DNA of 64,000 nt from Octopus vulgaris (taxonomy: Eukaryota): the NCBI GenBank assembly GCA_951406725.2, contig OX597828.1, positions 30,008,001 to 30,072,000 on the forward strand. The letters run 5' to 3'. Of the stretch, positions 1 through 14,101 are shown one piece after another. The notes under the pieces were generated by a model that was not told where the DNA came from, searched no databases, and saw nothing but the letters and a program-made list of their open reading frames with translations. The position numbers and the translations under genes were made by a program. How positions within the stretch are numbered: position 1 is the first letter of the stretch; each line of letters opens with the position of its first letter.

Positions 1-638
1 AGAATCGACAGAATTATTACACATCAAATATTATGCCCCGAAGAGAGATATTATGAGTATAAACCCAGTAATAATGAGAACTTTAAAGGGAAAAATTCAT
101 AGTTCCCATTCTTGAGGAAAACGCATACACTATTAATATATTTATTGCCCAAAATATGACTGTGCGTTCAAGGAAATATGTCGGTCTGAAATAAATCACT
201 TTTTACATACACTGAAAAGTGGATGAATGAATACAATCGTATATACAGAAAATAACAAAATTTGGGAACAGACAAACACTGCCATAGACAAACAGACACA
301 CACATAGAGACACACAGACGAGCACACACATGCATGCATAAATAATTTTCTATGTCAACCACTATATATATATATATATATATATGCACGCCTAAATATC
401 TGTACACATGTAGACCTAAACATACGCAAACATATATGTATTCCATTCTTAGTGTATGAATTTCACTCGCCCACATTTATTAGTCTCTTCCATAGAATGT
501 ATACATTAAACATATACGCACACACGGACACATACACACACGGACACACACACACGTGTATATTTACATCCAACCCACTGCACGGATCTAACGCACGAAC
601 AGACGCATACATATATATACAACATATGTACAACATAC

Positions 639-694
<56 letters not shown>

Positions 695-702
695 GGTTTC
701 TT

Positions 703-931
703 GATAGGTTTCTTGGAGGAAGATGAAACAATTGTAAAGTGAAGTAGCAAAATGGCTTGCTTACTGAGATCTTATGTGCTATTTTAAAAGCTCCGTAGAC
801 ACCTGCGGATTTTCAGATATTTGATTGCTGGAACTGCTTCGTCTATGAGCCTATGTGCCTGTGCTTAATACGGGAAAAAGCAGGGTTAAATTGCCCGATA
901 GAATTATTATATACATATACAGATACATACA

Positions 932-994
<63 letters not shown>

Positions 995-1050
995 GTATAT
1001 ATACATATATATATATATATATATAGATAGATAGATATATATATATATAC

Positions 1051-1149
<99 letters not shown>

Positions 1150-1378
1150 TGTATGTATCTCTATATGTATATAATAATTCTATCGGGCAATTTCACCCTG
1201 CTTTTTCCCGTATTAAGCACAGGCACATAGGCTCATAGACGAAGCAGTTCCAGCAATCAAATATCTGAAAATCCGCAGGTGTCTACGGAGCTTTTAAAAT
1301 AGCACATAAGATCTCAGTAAGCAAGCCATTTTGCTACTTCACTTTTCAATTGTTTCATCTTCCTCCAAGAAACCTATC
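703..1378. repeat. Long inverted repeat (231-bp arms) around an (AT)n spacer
   Basis: 703-933 (GATAGGTTTCTTGGAGG...CATACACC) is the reverse complement of 1148-1378 with 3 mismatches seen; spacer 934-1147 is interrupted (AT)n. Confidence 0.97.
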
Positions 1379-1910
1379 TTTCCACATTACCCAACAAAAC
1401 ATTAAACTAATGGCTACTTTGCGTGTGTCATTCAGAATAACCTTAATAACACGTTGAATAAGTTCCTTCCGGAATTGCCTTTAAAATGAAAAATCCTTAA
1501 ACTCACTTAACGAACTCATTATATACACATTTTGAGTGGGCGTCTATACGGCCTTACATTCACATATTACTAAGGAATATGCATCAAGTATGTCATTGCT
1601 CAGGGAAAATATAATTCTGTAGTTCAGCGCAACAATTAATTATCTGTTGGTTGTCGATTCTACACTAGGCAACTCACTTTTATAATCATTTGTTTCATCG
1701 AACTGATGTTAATGGTTTATGACCCTTCAATTGTCATTTCATTCAAGAGTCAGGTAGGCAAATGCCTGCACATTTGGCGTAGATTTTATCTATTGGGGAT
1801 TTATTTACGGTTATCATTACAGCATTCAAGCATTCATGGAACCTGCACATACGCCGACGCGTATAACGTTCTCCCACGCATATATATATGCTTGCAAGAA
1901 CGTTATGCAC

Positions 1911-1952
<42 letters not shown>

Positions 1953-2093
1953 CTGTGTGTGAGTGTGTATGTGCGTGTGGAGGCATGTATGCATCAAATG
2001 TATGAATGTTCATGCATATAATGATGTATATTTATATTGATGAGAAATATTTTCACACCCGAAAACGCACGCATACACCCACACATTTCATAC

Positions 2094-2190
2094 ACACAGA
2101 AGATTGTATTATCGTGGATGATATATATATATTTATATAGACACAGAAGATTGTGTTATCGTGGATGATATATATATATTTATATATATA
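2094..2190. repeat. Local ~46-bp tandem duplication
   Basis: CACAGAAGATTGT(A/G)TTATCGTGGATGATATATATATATTTATATA occurs twice in tandem. Confidence 0.85.
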
Positions 2191-2209
2191 TATGTCTGTG
2201 TGTGTGTAT

Positions 2210-2422
2210 GGTTCAAATTTTGACACAACGCCAGCAATTACAGGGAAGGCTGTAAGTCCATTATATGAACCCCAATGTTTAACTTGCAATTTCTTTTCTG
2301 ACCACAAAATAATGGAAGGCAAATTCGACATCGGTAGAATTTGAACGCAGAACGTTAATGACGGAAGATATACCGTTAATCCGTTTGTCCGGTATGCTAA
2401 CACTTCTGTTAGCTCGCGGTCT
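2210..2422 (-). mobile_element. Diverged SINE family B copy
   Basis: Reverse complement resembles the family B copies in this window (GCGAGCT head, GCGTTCAAATTC B-box-like motif, GTCGAATTTGCCTTCCAT core). Confidence 0.65.
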
Positions 2423-2483
<61 letters not shown>

Positions 2484-2488
<5 letters not shown>

Positions 2489-2710
2489 CTCTCTCTTTAC
2501 TGGTTTCAGTCATTTGACTGCGGCCATGCTGGAGCACCGCCTTTAGTCGAGCAAATCGACCCAGGGACTTATTCTTTGTAAGCCCAGTACTTATTCTATC
2601 GGTCTCTTTTGCCGAACCGCTAAGTGACGGGGACGTAAACACACCAGCATCGGTTGTCAAGCAATGCTAGGGGGACAAACAAACACACACACATATACAC
2701 ACACACACAT

Positions 2711-2769
<59 letters not shown>

Positions 2770-2935
2770 TACGACAGGCTTCTTTCAGTTTCCGTCTACC
2801 AAATCCACTCACAAGGCATCGGTCGGCCCGGGGCTATAGCAGAAGACACTTGCCCAAGATGCCACGCAGTGGGACTGAACCCGGAACCATGTGGTTGGTT
2901 AGCAAGCTACTTACTACACAGCCACTCCTGCGCCT
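2484..2935 (-). mobile_element. tRNA-derived SINE family A (octopus CORE-type SINE-like), full length, internal (TA)n/(TG)n
   Basis: Minus strand starts AGGCGCAGGAGTGGCTGTGTAGTAAG (A box), GGTTCAGTCCC (B box), CTTGGGCAAGTGTCTT CORE-like motif; many homologous copies in the window. Confidence 0.9.
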
Positions 2936-2954
2936 ATATATATATATATATATA

Positions 2955-3184
2955 TTTATTCTTTTATTCGTTTACTTATTTCAGTCATTTGACTGCTGCC
3001 ATGCTGGAGTACCGCGTTTAGTCGAAGAAATCGACCTCAGGAATTATTCTAGTACTTATAAACCTTTTACTTATTCAATCGATCGTTTTTTTTCCAAACT
3101 GTTAAGTTACGCGGACGTAAAAATACCAGCTTCGGTTGTCAAGCGATGTTAGGGGGCAAACATAGACACACACACACACACACA

Positions 3185-3223
<39 letters not shown>

Positions 3224-3353
3224 CAGGTTTCTTTCAGTTTCAGTGTACCAAATCCACTCACAATATGTTGGTCTTCCCGAAATTATAATAGAAGACACTT
3301 GCCTAAGGTTCCCCGCTATAGGATTAAACCCTGAACCATGTGATTGGGAAGCA
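2955..3353 (-). mobile_element. SINE family A, older copy tandem to the previous one
   Basis: Shares TTTCAGTCATTTGACTGC...TACCAAATCCACTCACAA...GAAGACACTTGCC with 2484-2935. Confidence 0.88.
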
Positions 3354-3843
3354 ATGTATATATATATAGATAAATATATATATATAGATGATTGGGTCTA
3401 TATCTGGGTGTGTTCATGCACTTATGTATGTGTGCGTATGTGTGTGTTGCGCGCGTAATACACTACCGGTTCATATTTACAATATTTCGACCACAAAATG
3501 TCTATATGTAAAAAAAAAAAAAAAACGAAAAGACGATACAGTTCATGAATCAAGATACGTATTGATCTAATGATCTGCACATTTCTTCTTGTTTTTCATC
3601 GCATTAAAAGGAAACCCATTTGGAATGTACGCGTATAATGGATCGCTAAGCCGCTTCTCAGTAACTTGCCATCTGATGGCCATTTTTTTACTTCCTTTCT
3701 TTTTGTCTTACTTTATGTTTGTCCACGCAAATATATATTTCCAGAACATTTTTATTGAGAAACATGTTAAAGGGAAAAGACTTACAAGAGGTACCATATT
3801 CACTCTTCATTTAATAACTATCGATATACGACAGTATACGATT

Positions 3844-3898
<55 letters not shown>

Positions 3899-4033
3899 CC
3901 AATGCGGTAATAACGGATTTTTTAGAAATATCTATCGGTTGTTTCGAGGCGCATAAATTATAATGGTTATTGACAATTTTTGTCTTTTTTTCGGCATATT
4001 TGGCATTATAATTTTTTTTTGCTCTTATTTTGT

Positions 4034-4115
<82 letters not shown>

Positions 4116-4116
<1 letters not shown>

Positions 4117-4424
4117 AATTGTTAAAGAGGACATCAAACGTTAAGGCAAAGGCAAATATCTCAAGTCATATAGTTTATTATTATTGGAAAATAGTCAAAG
4201 TCTTAGAGCTGTTTCTGAGATATCACAGAGTATGGGATATTCCGTTATCGGAGACAAATAGGGAAAATAACGAAAATAACGAAATGACGACATAGAGGAC
4301 AACAGTAAAGAAATAAGGAGAGGAAGCAAGAGAAGAAAAAAGATTTTTTCCCAATAATAATAACAATGTATATGACTTGACGTGTTTGCCTTGCCTTAAA
4401 GTTTGTTGTCCTCTTTAACAATTA
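4116..4424 (-). mobile_element. Short element with ~75-bp terminal inverted arms and a degenerate hammerhead (Penelope-pLTR-like)
   Basis: 4116-4191 pairs imperfectly with 4347-4424; minus strand near 4200-4255 reads GTCT-CCGATAA-stem-GAAAC-AGCT-CTA-AGAC; abuts (TA)n. Confidence 0.65.
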
Positions 4425-4821
4425 CTAGCAGTATCGCCCGGCGTTGCTCGGGTTTGTAAGGGAAATAACTATATAAGCATTTTTAGAGAGTTATAGCCAA
4501 AAAATAGCAAAAACTTCATTAAAAATGGAATAAAAATGATGGTAAATTTTTTTTTTAATCGTTGACTCATCGTAGACATTTTTAGAGAGTTACTTCCCAT
4601 ACATAATAGCGAAAAAAATGCATTAAAATGGAAAAAAATGATAGTAATTTTTTTTTTAATCGTAGACTCATCGTAGACGCGCGCTAATACCCAGAAGGGC
4701 TTGATATGAATCACGACTATAAGATACCCGGTTTTGGTTAAACTGCACCGCAAGATGTGGGAGTAGTTAGGAATCTAAATCGTAGGAGACAGACACACAA
4801 CCTCTCTTTTATATATAAAGA
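4425..4821 (-). mobile_element. Non-autonomous Helitron
   Basis: Minus strand 5' A|TCTTTATATATAAAAG; 3' CCCGAGCAACGCCGGG hairpin then CTAG|T; A/T insertion site with no TSD; internal ~100-bp tandem repeat (4478-4678). Confidence 0.85.
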
Positions 4822-5671
4822 TATATCCGCTTCACCGGAAATCTGCAATGGCTCCATAACTACCGTCTCGGCTATAACCTTGGAACCTTAGTAATCCATT
4901 ACAGCACTTACCTAGCGTACTTAATTGTTTAGATCACCTGTGAATTAAACCCCCATATTTTGTATATATTGTTTTCCGGCACATGATTCTGATTTGTTAT
5001 CGTGAATATGAACATTAGATAGTGCAAACTGAAGTCGATGTGAGACGACTACATACACATAATACATACATATATACATACATACATGCATACTCTATCC
5101 AGATTACAAGTTCAGGTTCGTACCTGTAATTATTGGAGCCCAGGGATATGTAACACACTGCCTAAATACCAATCTTAAGAAATTATGCTTCTCAAAATCA
5201 GAAAGGAGAAAACTAATTCGATGAGTATAAATCCAGTCCATCACTGGAACTTAAACATTCTGTAAAACTTTCCAGAGGTTTATCATTTAAATATATATTT
5301 GAGCATATCTAGATATTTAACTATATGCATGAGAATACATACATAAAGAAAAACATACAAATCTGCACACGTACATACATACATACATACATACATAAAT
5401 ACATACATACATACATACATACATACATACATACATACATACAAAGAAAAATACCCTGTTGTAGGTGTTGAAATTCCAGTGAAGGAGCCTTGATTTTAAG
5501 TTAGAAACCGGTTCTTTCTCTATAGGCAAGAAATGTTGAAGTAAACTGAATAATGAGATATATACATATAGATATACATATATATTTTTACTAGCGTATA
5601 CATATATACACTACGTATAGTTATATGTATACACACATACACACAGACAACAGACACACACACACAGACAT

Positions 5672-5718
<47 letters not shown>

Positions 5719-5721
<3 letters not shown>

Positions 5722-5935
5722 TTTTATATGATTCAGTCACTAGACTTCAGCCATGCTGGGGCACCGCCTTGAAGAACATTTACTCGCCTGAATCGACCCC
5801 TGTACTTATGATATTTGAAATCTGGTACATATTCTAACGGATGTCTTTCTTACAGAACCGGGAAGTAATACACAAACACCGGTCGTCAAGCGGTTGGCCG
5901 GGGGACAAACACGGACACAAGGATACACATATACA

Positions 5936-5982
<47 letters not shown>

Positions 5983-6161
5983 ACACACACACACAGACAT
6001 ACACACGCACGCACGCAAACACACAAACATGGGCTTCTTTTATTTTTCGTCTACTTGATCCACTGACAAGACCTTAGTGAGCTCGAATCTATAGTGGAAG
6101 ACACTTGTCCAAGGTGCCACGCAGTGGGGCTGAACCCGGAGCCATGTTGTTGGGAAGCAAA
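5719..6161 (-). mobile_element. SINE family A copy
   Basis: CAGCCATGCTGGGGCACCGCC, internal (CA)n, GAAGACACTTGTCCAAGGTGCCACGCAGTGGG. Confidence 0.88.
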
Positions 6162-6888
6162 ATACAGATATACATGATGCTGAAGAACGTTTTCACTTAC
6201 TGTTCATAAGGAGCGCAGTTTCCTCTCAATCAGGCCTCTTAACGTAATCACACGTGCGTGAAATAACAGCGATTTGTCACCCCAATAAGCGTTTTAGGAA
6301 CACATGATTGGGAAACAGAATAATATTATGCCAGATGCACTAGAAGCACCCCAACGCAATAAGAGAACGTATCAGGGTGAGCCATGACAATTTGTGAGAG
6401 AGGTGTCTCTCGCTATTCCTTGTCCTCGCATCACTCTCCTCCATCTCTCTCCCCAAGATAGGTCTCCGCATTACGTGCGCTCTGCCTAGAATAACGTTTT
6501 GGAAGATCAAAGACTGTGGTAAAGGGATTTTTTTAAAATCCCACTTGTGCTTACAGCGAATAGCTCTATTTAATTAGAATATAAATAAAGACAATAAATA
6601 CAACCAGACCATCCCAGCTTAGATAATTTCGTTTATATCTGTTGTTGATCAAAGACATCCAGATGTATAAACAAACGCGTTATCCCACTATCTTCTCTCA
6701 AGAGATCGTCATACATAGTTAAATAATTACAGAGATTTTCAAATGTACAGATTGACCGCTTCTCAATTTTAGTTTTATGTTCGTTTTTCAATTTAGTTAA
6801 TCTCTTACTTTGAAAACTTATCATCTCTATCCTGAGGAGGGGATGCATAGGCAGACCTAAGAATTTAATAAATATTTTAGCATCATAA

Positions 6889-7652
6889 GGCGGCGAGCTG
6901 ACAGAAATGTTAGGACGCCGAGCGAAATGCTTAGCGGTATTTAGTCTGCAGTTACATTCTGAGTTCAAATTCCGCTGAGGTCGACTTTCGGGGTCGATAA
7001 ATTAAGTACCAATAACGCACTGGAGTCGATGTAATCGACTTAATCCGTTTGCTTCTCCTTGTTTGGTCCCTCTGTGTATAACACCTTGTGGGTAGTAAAG
7101 AAATAGGCATTTCGTCTGTCTTTACGTTCTGAGTTCAAATTCTGCCGAGGTCGATTTGCCTTTCATCCTTTCGGGGTCGATTAATTAAGTGCCAGTTACG
7201 CACTAGGGTCGATATAAACGACTTAATCCGTCTGTCTGTCCCTCTTTGTCTCCTCTGTGTTTAGCTCCTTGTGGGTAGTAAAGAAATAGGTATTTCGTTT
7301 ATCTTTACATTCTCAGTTCAAATTTCGCCGAAGTCGACTTTAACTTTCATCCTTTCGGTGTCGGGAAATTAAGTACCAGTTGCATACCGGGGTCAATCTA
7401 ATCGACTGGTCCCCTCCCCCAAACGTTCAGGCCTTGCGCCCAGAGTAGAAAAGAAACGTTAGCATGCCGGGAGAAATGCTTACCGTTATTTCGTCCGTCT
7501 TTATGTTCTGAGTTCAAATTCCGCCAAGGTCGACTTTATCTTTCATCCTTTCGGGGTTGATAAATAAAGTACCAGTTGCGTGCTGGGGTCGATCTAATCG
7601 ACTGATCCCTTCATCCAAAATTTCGGGCCTTGTGCCTAGAGTAGAAAAGAAT
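6889..7652 (+). mobile_element. Head-to-tail array of four SINE family B units
   Basis: Four repeats of GAGTTCAAATTCCGCCGAGGTCGACTTT...CTTTCGGGGTCGATAAATTAAGTACCAG; units start about 6889, 7107, 7290, 7453. Confidence 0.92.
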
Positions 7653-8139
7653 ATTTCTCCATGATATATTGCCATGAATTTTCTGTATAAATGTTTTTTT
7701 CACACATAAGTAGTGTCGCAGAATTTATACTAAAAAAAGCCAACTTTTAATGATATATATATATATATACATATATATGTATGTGTATGTCTGGGTGGGT
7801 GTTATTGTGTGTACGCGTATGCGTGAGCGCGTTTGTACATGCACGTATATATGTATATATATTATCTACACACACGCATACATGCATACATAAAGCAGAT
7901 AATGAGGAAGCTAAAGCTATTATTCGGTTACGATGATCACGATACTATTACTCTTCCAACGACAAAAGATACTGAGAATTGATATAAATGATTATGCGTG
8001 TGATATTGCACAAGGCTTGTACAAATTCACACATAGCTGAAAATTGAGACGTATCACCTCATCAGACACATACCAAAATTAGCTACTTTACATGATATGC
8101 GAAAAAGGTGTTGACCACCAATGCTAATATGTAGAGGAA

Positions 8140-8140
<1 letters not shown>

Positions 8141-8220
<80 letters not shown>

Positions 8221-8222
8221 AA

Positions 8223-8316
<94 letters not shown>

Positions 8317-8398
8317 AAGAAGAAGAAGAAGAAGAAGAAGAAGAAGAAGAATGACAATAATAATAATAAAAAATAATAATAATAATAACAACAACAAT
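8141..8398. repeat. Compound microsatellite (AAT)n/(AAG)n alternating
   Basis: Directly visible. Confidence 0.97.
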
Positions 8399-8817
8399 CT
8401 TATGAAGAACACTGGGAACCTGATTCTCTCAGAAATCTTTTAAATCTGAAATATTACAAAATTTAACCGGTTCTTCGTTTTCAGATTCTAGTCACCTTTG
8501 CAAATATTATTCCATTGCTAATAATTTACATTCACAGTAAAACTTCCATCTTGATGTTACTTGAGTTCTCATGCTGAGACTTGGTGAAACTTATATATAA
8601 AATAAAAGAGCAACAACGTAAAGATGAATATATTTAGTAATGACTGAGAATTAATGAAATTATGGACCGTAACAAAAATGCAATGGTCTGTGATGATGAT
8701 GATAGTAGTGATGATATAAGAAATATCGGCAGCCACAGTTACAGCAACTATGACGACGACGACGACGGCATCACTGTCGTTTCTACTAACAACAACATTA
8801 AGTAAAATAACAACAAT

Positions 8818-8954
8818 AATTTCAGATTTTGGCACAAGGCCAGCAATTTCGGAGGACGGTTTCAGTGGATTGCATAGACCCCAGTATTCAACTGGTACTT
8901 ATTCTATCGACCTAGAAAGGATAAATGGCAAAGTCGACCTCGGCGGGATTTGAA
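8818..8954 (-). mobile_element. SINE family B, 5'-truncated
   Basis: Reverse complement TTCAAATCCCGCCGAGGTCGACTTTGCC...AAGTACCAG...GGCCTTGTGCC. Confidence 0.8.
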
Positions 8955-8978
8955 AGGTTTATTAATGGGAGTTGTTAA

Positions 8979-9190
8979 GGTGGCGAGCTGGCAAAATCTT
9001 TAGCACGCCGAAGAAAATGCTTAGCAGCATTTCGTCCGTCTTTACGTTCGGAGTTCTAAAACCATCGAAGTCGTCTTTGCCTTTAATCAATTCGTGGTCG
9101 ATAAAACAGGTACCTGTTGAGCACTGGGATCGATCTAATAGATTTGTTCCTTACACCAAAATTGCTGGCTTTGAGCCAAAATTTGAAATC
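8979..9190 (+). mobile_element. SINE family B, diverged
   Basis: GGTGGCGAGCTGGCAAAATCTTTAGCACGCCG head, family B core and tail. Confidence 0.82.
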
Positions 9191-10559
9191 AATGTTATGA
9201 GTATTAGGGAGACCCTGGTACAGGATTAGGAAAATAGCGACTTCGAAGTAGAGTGGAGTACTAAACTGTTCGAAGGTTAGGGTAGTTAAATTTACGCCAA
9301 TAAATTTTCCAGAAAGAATAAATGACAAATTAAACACTGATAAAAATTTAACAAGTTGCTTGAAACTCTTAATGTTCCGGCGTCATACAGAGCGATAGAA
9401 ATAGTTCTGACAGAAATCAGACAGACTACTCAATGTTATTCCACATTATATGTTAAGATTTTAAGATACAACAAGCTAAATGAAAAATAAATAAACTCAC
9501 TTCTTGGAAACAAGTGAATAATTAAGTTAATGAGTTAATTAGTAAGAAAACAATCAGTCAATTATTTCAACTCATGTATCAGAGGAGGTATAAGATTCTA
9601 TGATATATTCCCAGGCTTTCATAATACATACAGTGATTAACATCATTCAAGTTATATTTGCGCATAAAAGAATCAAAGGCTCCCACAGGGAGACGTTAAT
9701 TTGACTATTGCAAGTAAAGAAGAGAAGAAAAGTAGAGATTGCAAAGGAAGAAACTAACGTTAAAAGGAAAAGAAATTCGACAACAGTGTTAAAGATTAAA
9801 ATATCTGTTATTTAGTACAAACCAGCTAGAGTCCGGTAAGGATACATATTGAGCAGGTTATACAAGCTCGTTGTTGTAGCGCAAGGAAAGTGCATGATGC
9901 AAATAGATTGTAAAGGCTTATGAAATTACGATCTTTGAAATAACAAAGTCGTCGTTACGTCTTATATCAAAGTAGAAAAGAAATAAGATGAAATGAAATG
10001 AAAACATTTTAATGGATAGATAAATGAAATTAAAGGATATTTGGAACGACTCCTCAATAAAAGGGTGTGAAAAACAAATATTTGATACCATTAGGGATTA
10101 TTTTATTGTTCAGTATTAATTCATGTAAATAGAACTTTATAATCAACAGTGTATTTTTAGGTGATCAAACTTCAGGTCATGGGGTTGTTTTTTTAGCTGT
10201 TCTCCAAAGAATGTGGGTTAGTGAAATGGTCAGCAGATGTGCCCCTATTTGACCAGAAGATGTGTTACTCGGTTTAGATGCATTCGACAGTATGTCGATA
10301 TAAGAGTTAAACTTTTGGTTTGGGAATGTGATGATCTTAATTCAGTCCAGCATTTAAACCTCTGTAATTAGGGGTGTTGGTTTATATGTCGGTCTTTTGG
10401 TTATGGAGTTGTTAAGGGTTCAAAAAATAATGCAAGAAGGTATTGTTGTGTCTCGCAAAACTTTTTACAATTAATGATAAACGGAGTATTTTTTATCGCC
10501 CATATATATTTGTATACTGAAGCTTCATTCAATTTTAATGCCCATATATATTTTTATAG

Positions 10560-11240
10560 TCAGGCTGCGGATTGTTGTCTACCCAGAGGGAGCAGCATTG
10601 GCTGCGACTGCTTGATTTTTGTCTTTAAAGAGACGTGCAGCCCCTCTCCTAGTTTCCCAGTGATACCATGGTGGTGTAGTTTGTGATATATCATCCCATG
10701 GTCAACTTTGTCAAAGGTCTTGACAAAGTCGAGATATATCACATCCACACTTTCGTGGTTAAGCTGCTGTTTCAGCGCACAATCATAATGTTGTAGTAGC
10801 TGTGTGAGGCAGCTCCTCCCAGGCCGGAAAAAATGTGGTGAGTTTGTGAGCACGTTATTCTCCTTTTGATGAATCTCCTCCTGACAATGCGTTTCATGAC
10901 TTTGCTAACATATGAAGTCAGAGAGATACACCTGTAATTTTTATCATCTGCTCTGCTTCGTCCTTTATGGACAAACAAAGCTTATGATACTCACTTTCAA
11001 TAGGCTGGGAAATTTTCCAGGTGCAAGGAAACACTGAAAAAGTACCTGCAGTGATTTTGTAAGAGCTTTCTTGCATGTTTTAGGAGAAGACTGAAATCCA
11101 TCTAGGCCCGTTTCTAAGTTTGAGTTCATCTCATCAATGGCCGATATTATATATTTTATGTCGATGTCATCTTTCGTTGACTTTTTCCAATTCAAGTCTG
11201 CAGTGTTGAAGAATTCTTTAGGCTCACCCAGTTGAAACTA
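10560..11240 (-). pseudogene. CR1/L2-type non-LTR retrotransposon reverse transcriptase remnant
   Basis: Frameshifted peptides NYRCISLTSYVSKVMKRI, FRPGRSCLTQLL, VDVIYLDFVKTFDKVDHG match jockey-group RT motifs (YRPISLTS, GFRPGRS, LDFxKAFDxVxH). Confidence 0.88.
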
Positions 11241-11258
11241 CCCAAATGATTATTATCA

Positions 11259-11302
<44 letters not shown>

Positions 11303-11305
<3 letters not shown>

Positions 11306-11806
11306 TAGTTTTATTTTTATAGCGTGCTTTCACTTCACTACCGAGCGCAGCTCTGTGTGCCTTGGGTATGTGCTGTGATTTGTTGTGATGCTCTGATGGT
11401 TATTGTATGGAAAGTGTTCTGCGTAGGATGTGTGCAGTGCCTAGTAGTGCAATTTTCTGTATGTTATATGTGTTTGTAAGTCCTGGTGTTTTTGTTATGT
11501 ATTTGTCTGAATATTTTTTTATCATGCCTAATGCACCTACTATGATAGGAATTGTTTCTGTTTTCAGGTTCCACATTCTAGTTACCTCTATTTCCAAGTC
11601 TTTGTATTTTGAGAGTTTCTCCATTTCTTTTAGAGACACGTTGTCATCAGCCGGTATTGATACATCAATTAGAAAGCATTTTTTTCTTCATGATCTCTGA
11701 CAACTATATCTGGTCTGTTGGCCTTAATTTCTCTATCTGTGTGTATCGGCATATCCCAGAGTATGGTTGCTTTCTCGTTTTCTGTGACCTTTTCTGGTGA
11801 GTGCCT
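11303..11806 (-). mobile_element. R4/Dong-type LINE 3' end (restriction-like endonuclease domain plus 3'UTR type 1) in (ATT)n
   Basis: ILWDMPIHTDREIKANRPDIVV / LIDVSIPADDN...KEMEKLSKYKDL...PIIVGALG...QKIALLGTAHILRR (PD..D RLE motif); apparent frameshift in an A run; microsatellite on both sides. Confidence 0.92.
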
Positions 11807-11807
11807 A

Positions 11808-11873
<66 letters not shown>

Positions 11874-11957
11874 CATTATTATTATTATTATTATTACTAT
11901 TATTATTATTATTTTTATTTTTATTATTATAATTACTATTATTATTATTATTTATTA

Positions 11958-12045
<88 letters not shown>

Positions 12046-12047
12046 CA

Positions 12048-13793
<1,746 letters not shown>

Positions 13794-13825
13794 TATTATT
13801 ATTGTTATTATTATTAGTATTATTA

Positions 13826-13907
<82 letters not shown>

Positions 13908-13908
13908 C

Positions 13909-14006
<98 letters not shown>

Positions 14007-14007
<1 letters not shown>

Positions 14008-14101
14008 TCTCTTCATCACGGATTTTGTTGGATCTCCTGGAGTCTCGCATGCATAGCGGGTTAACTACCTTCAACCTACGTTTCTATGCTATTCGTTCCC
14101 T
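14007..14101 (-). mobile_element. R4/Dong-type 3'UTR-only insertion (type 2)
   Basis: Homologous to 12048-12140; flanked by (ATT)n-like sequence. Confidence 0.75.

Noticed and set aside
168-3963. Numerous [12 protein letters not shown] ORFs here and throughout the window
   Set aside because: Translations of (TA)n and (CA)n microsatellites and SINE sequence
5455-5556. Hammerhead-like GTGAAGG...GAAACCGGTT in a microsatellite-flanked unit
   Set aside because: No CTGANGA core and stem I not adjacent; possibly a Penelope-like tail but unsupported
6889-7652. CRISPR-like regularly repeated motif
   Set aside because: Units are diverged SINE copies with homologous rather than unique spacers; eukaryotic context, no cas genes
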